From assembly GCA_045046875.1 (NCBI GenBank), contig JASFYY010000162.1, forward strand, positions 1 through 16,024: a stretch of DNA of 16,024 bases, in the 5' to 3' direction. The stretch's first letter is position 1. Each line of letters begins with the position of its first letter. The position numbers and the translations under genes were made by a program. Shown piece by piece: positions 16,012 to 16,024 of this stretch. Under the pieces are notes generated by a model that saw nothing but the letters and a program-made list of their open reading frames with translations, was not told the origin of the DNA and did no database searches. Source of the DNA: Verrucomicrobiota bacterium (GTDB taxonomy: Bacteria > Verrucomicrobiota > Verrucomicrobiia > Verrucomicrobiales > DEV007).

Positions 16012-16024
16012 CTATATCATTGAG

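Noticed and set aside
1..16024. CRISPR array or integron attC array as the explanation for the repeats
   Set aside because: The repeats are not regularly spaced with unique spacers, I found no attC-like RYYYAAC...GTTRRRY hairpins at gene ends, and there is no cas or integrase gene in the window.

Overview
Bacterial accessory-type region. The gene content suggests a PVC-superphylum organism, probably Verrucomicrobiota (inference from protein families only). Intact genes, left to right: a TIR-transmembrane-TPR protein (-); a conserved hypothetical lipoprotein (-) divergent from a BlaI/CopY-family repressor and a sensor-less BlaR1/M56 peptidase, with two palindromic operator-like boxes between them; two small exported proteins (-); a secreted GHL10/DUF187-like TIM-barrel glycoside hydrolase; a PAS-AraC regulator; and a 1255-aa TIM-barrel/LamG/beta-propeller/cytochrome c fusion. 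The window opens in the last 39 codons of a probable HUH/Y1 (RAYT-like) transposase, whose stop codon lies in the motif AAGGACTGACCCC. Exact, inverted or degenerate copies of this motif recur in several intergenic gaps. These gaps also hold a duplicated ~90-bp structured repeat, a REP-like double hairpin and about five broken gene fragments. The most interesting signals are this element-end/gene-fragment mosaic, the Toll-like-receptor-like topology of the TIR protein, and the BlaI/M56/lipoprotein module. All family calls come from motif recognition by eye; no database searches were run.
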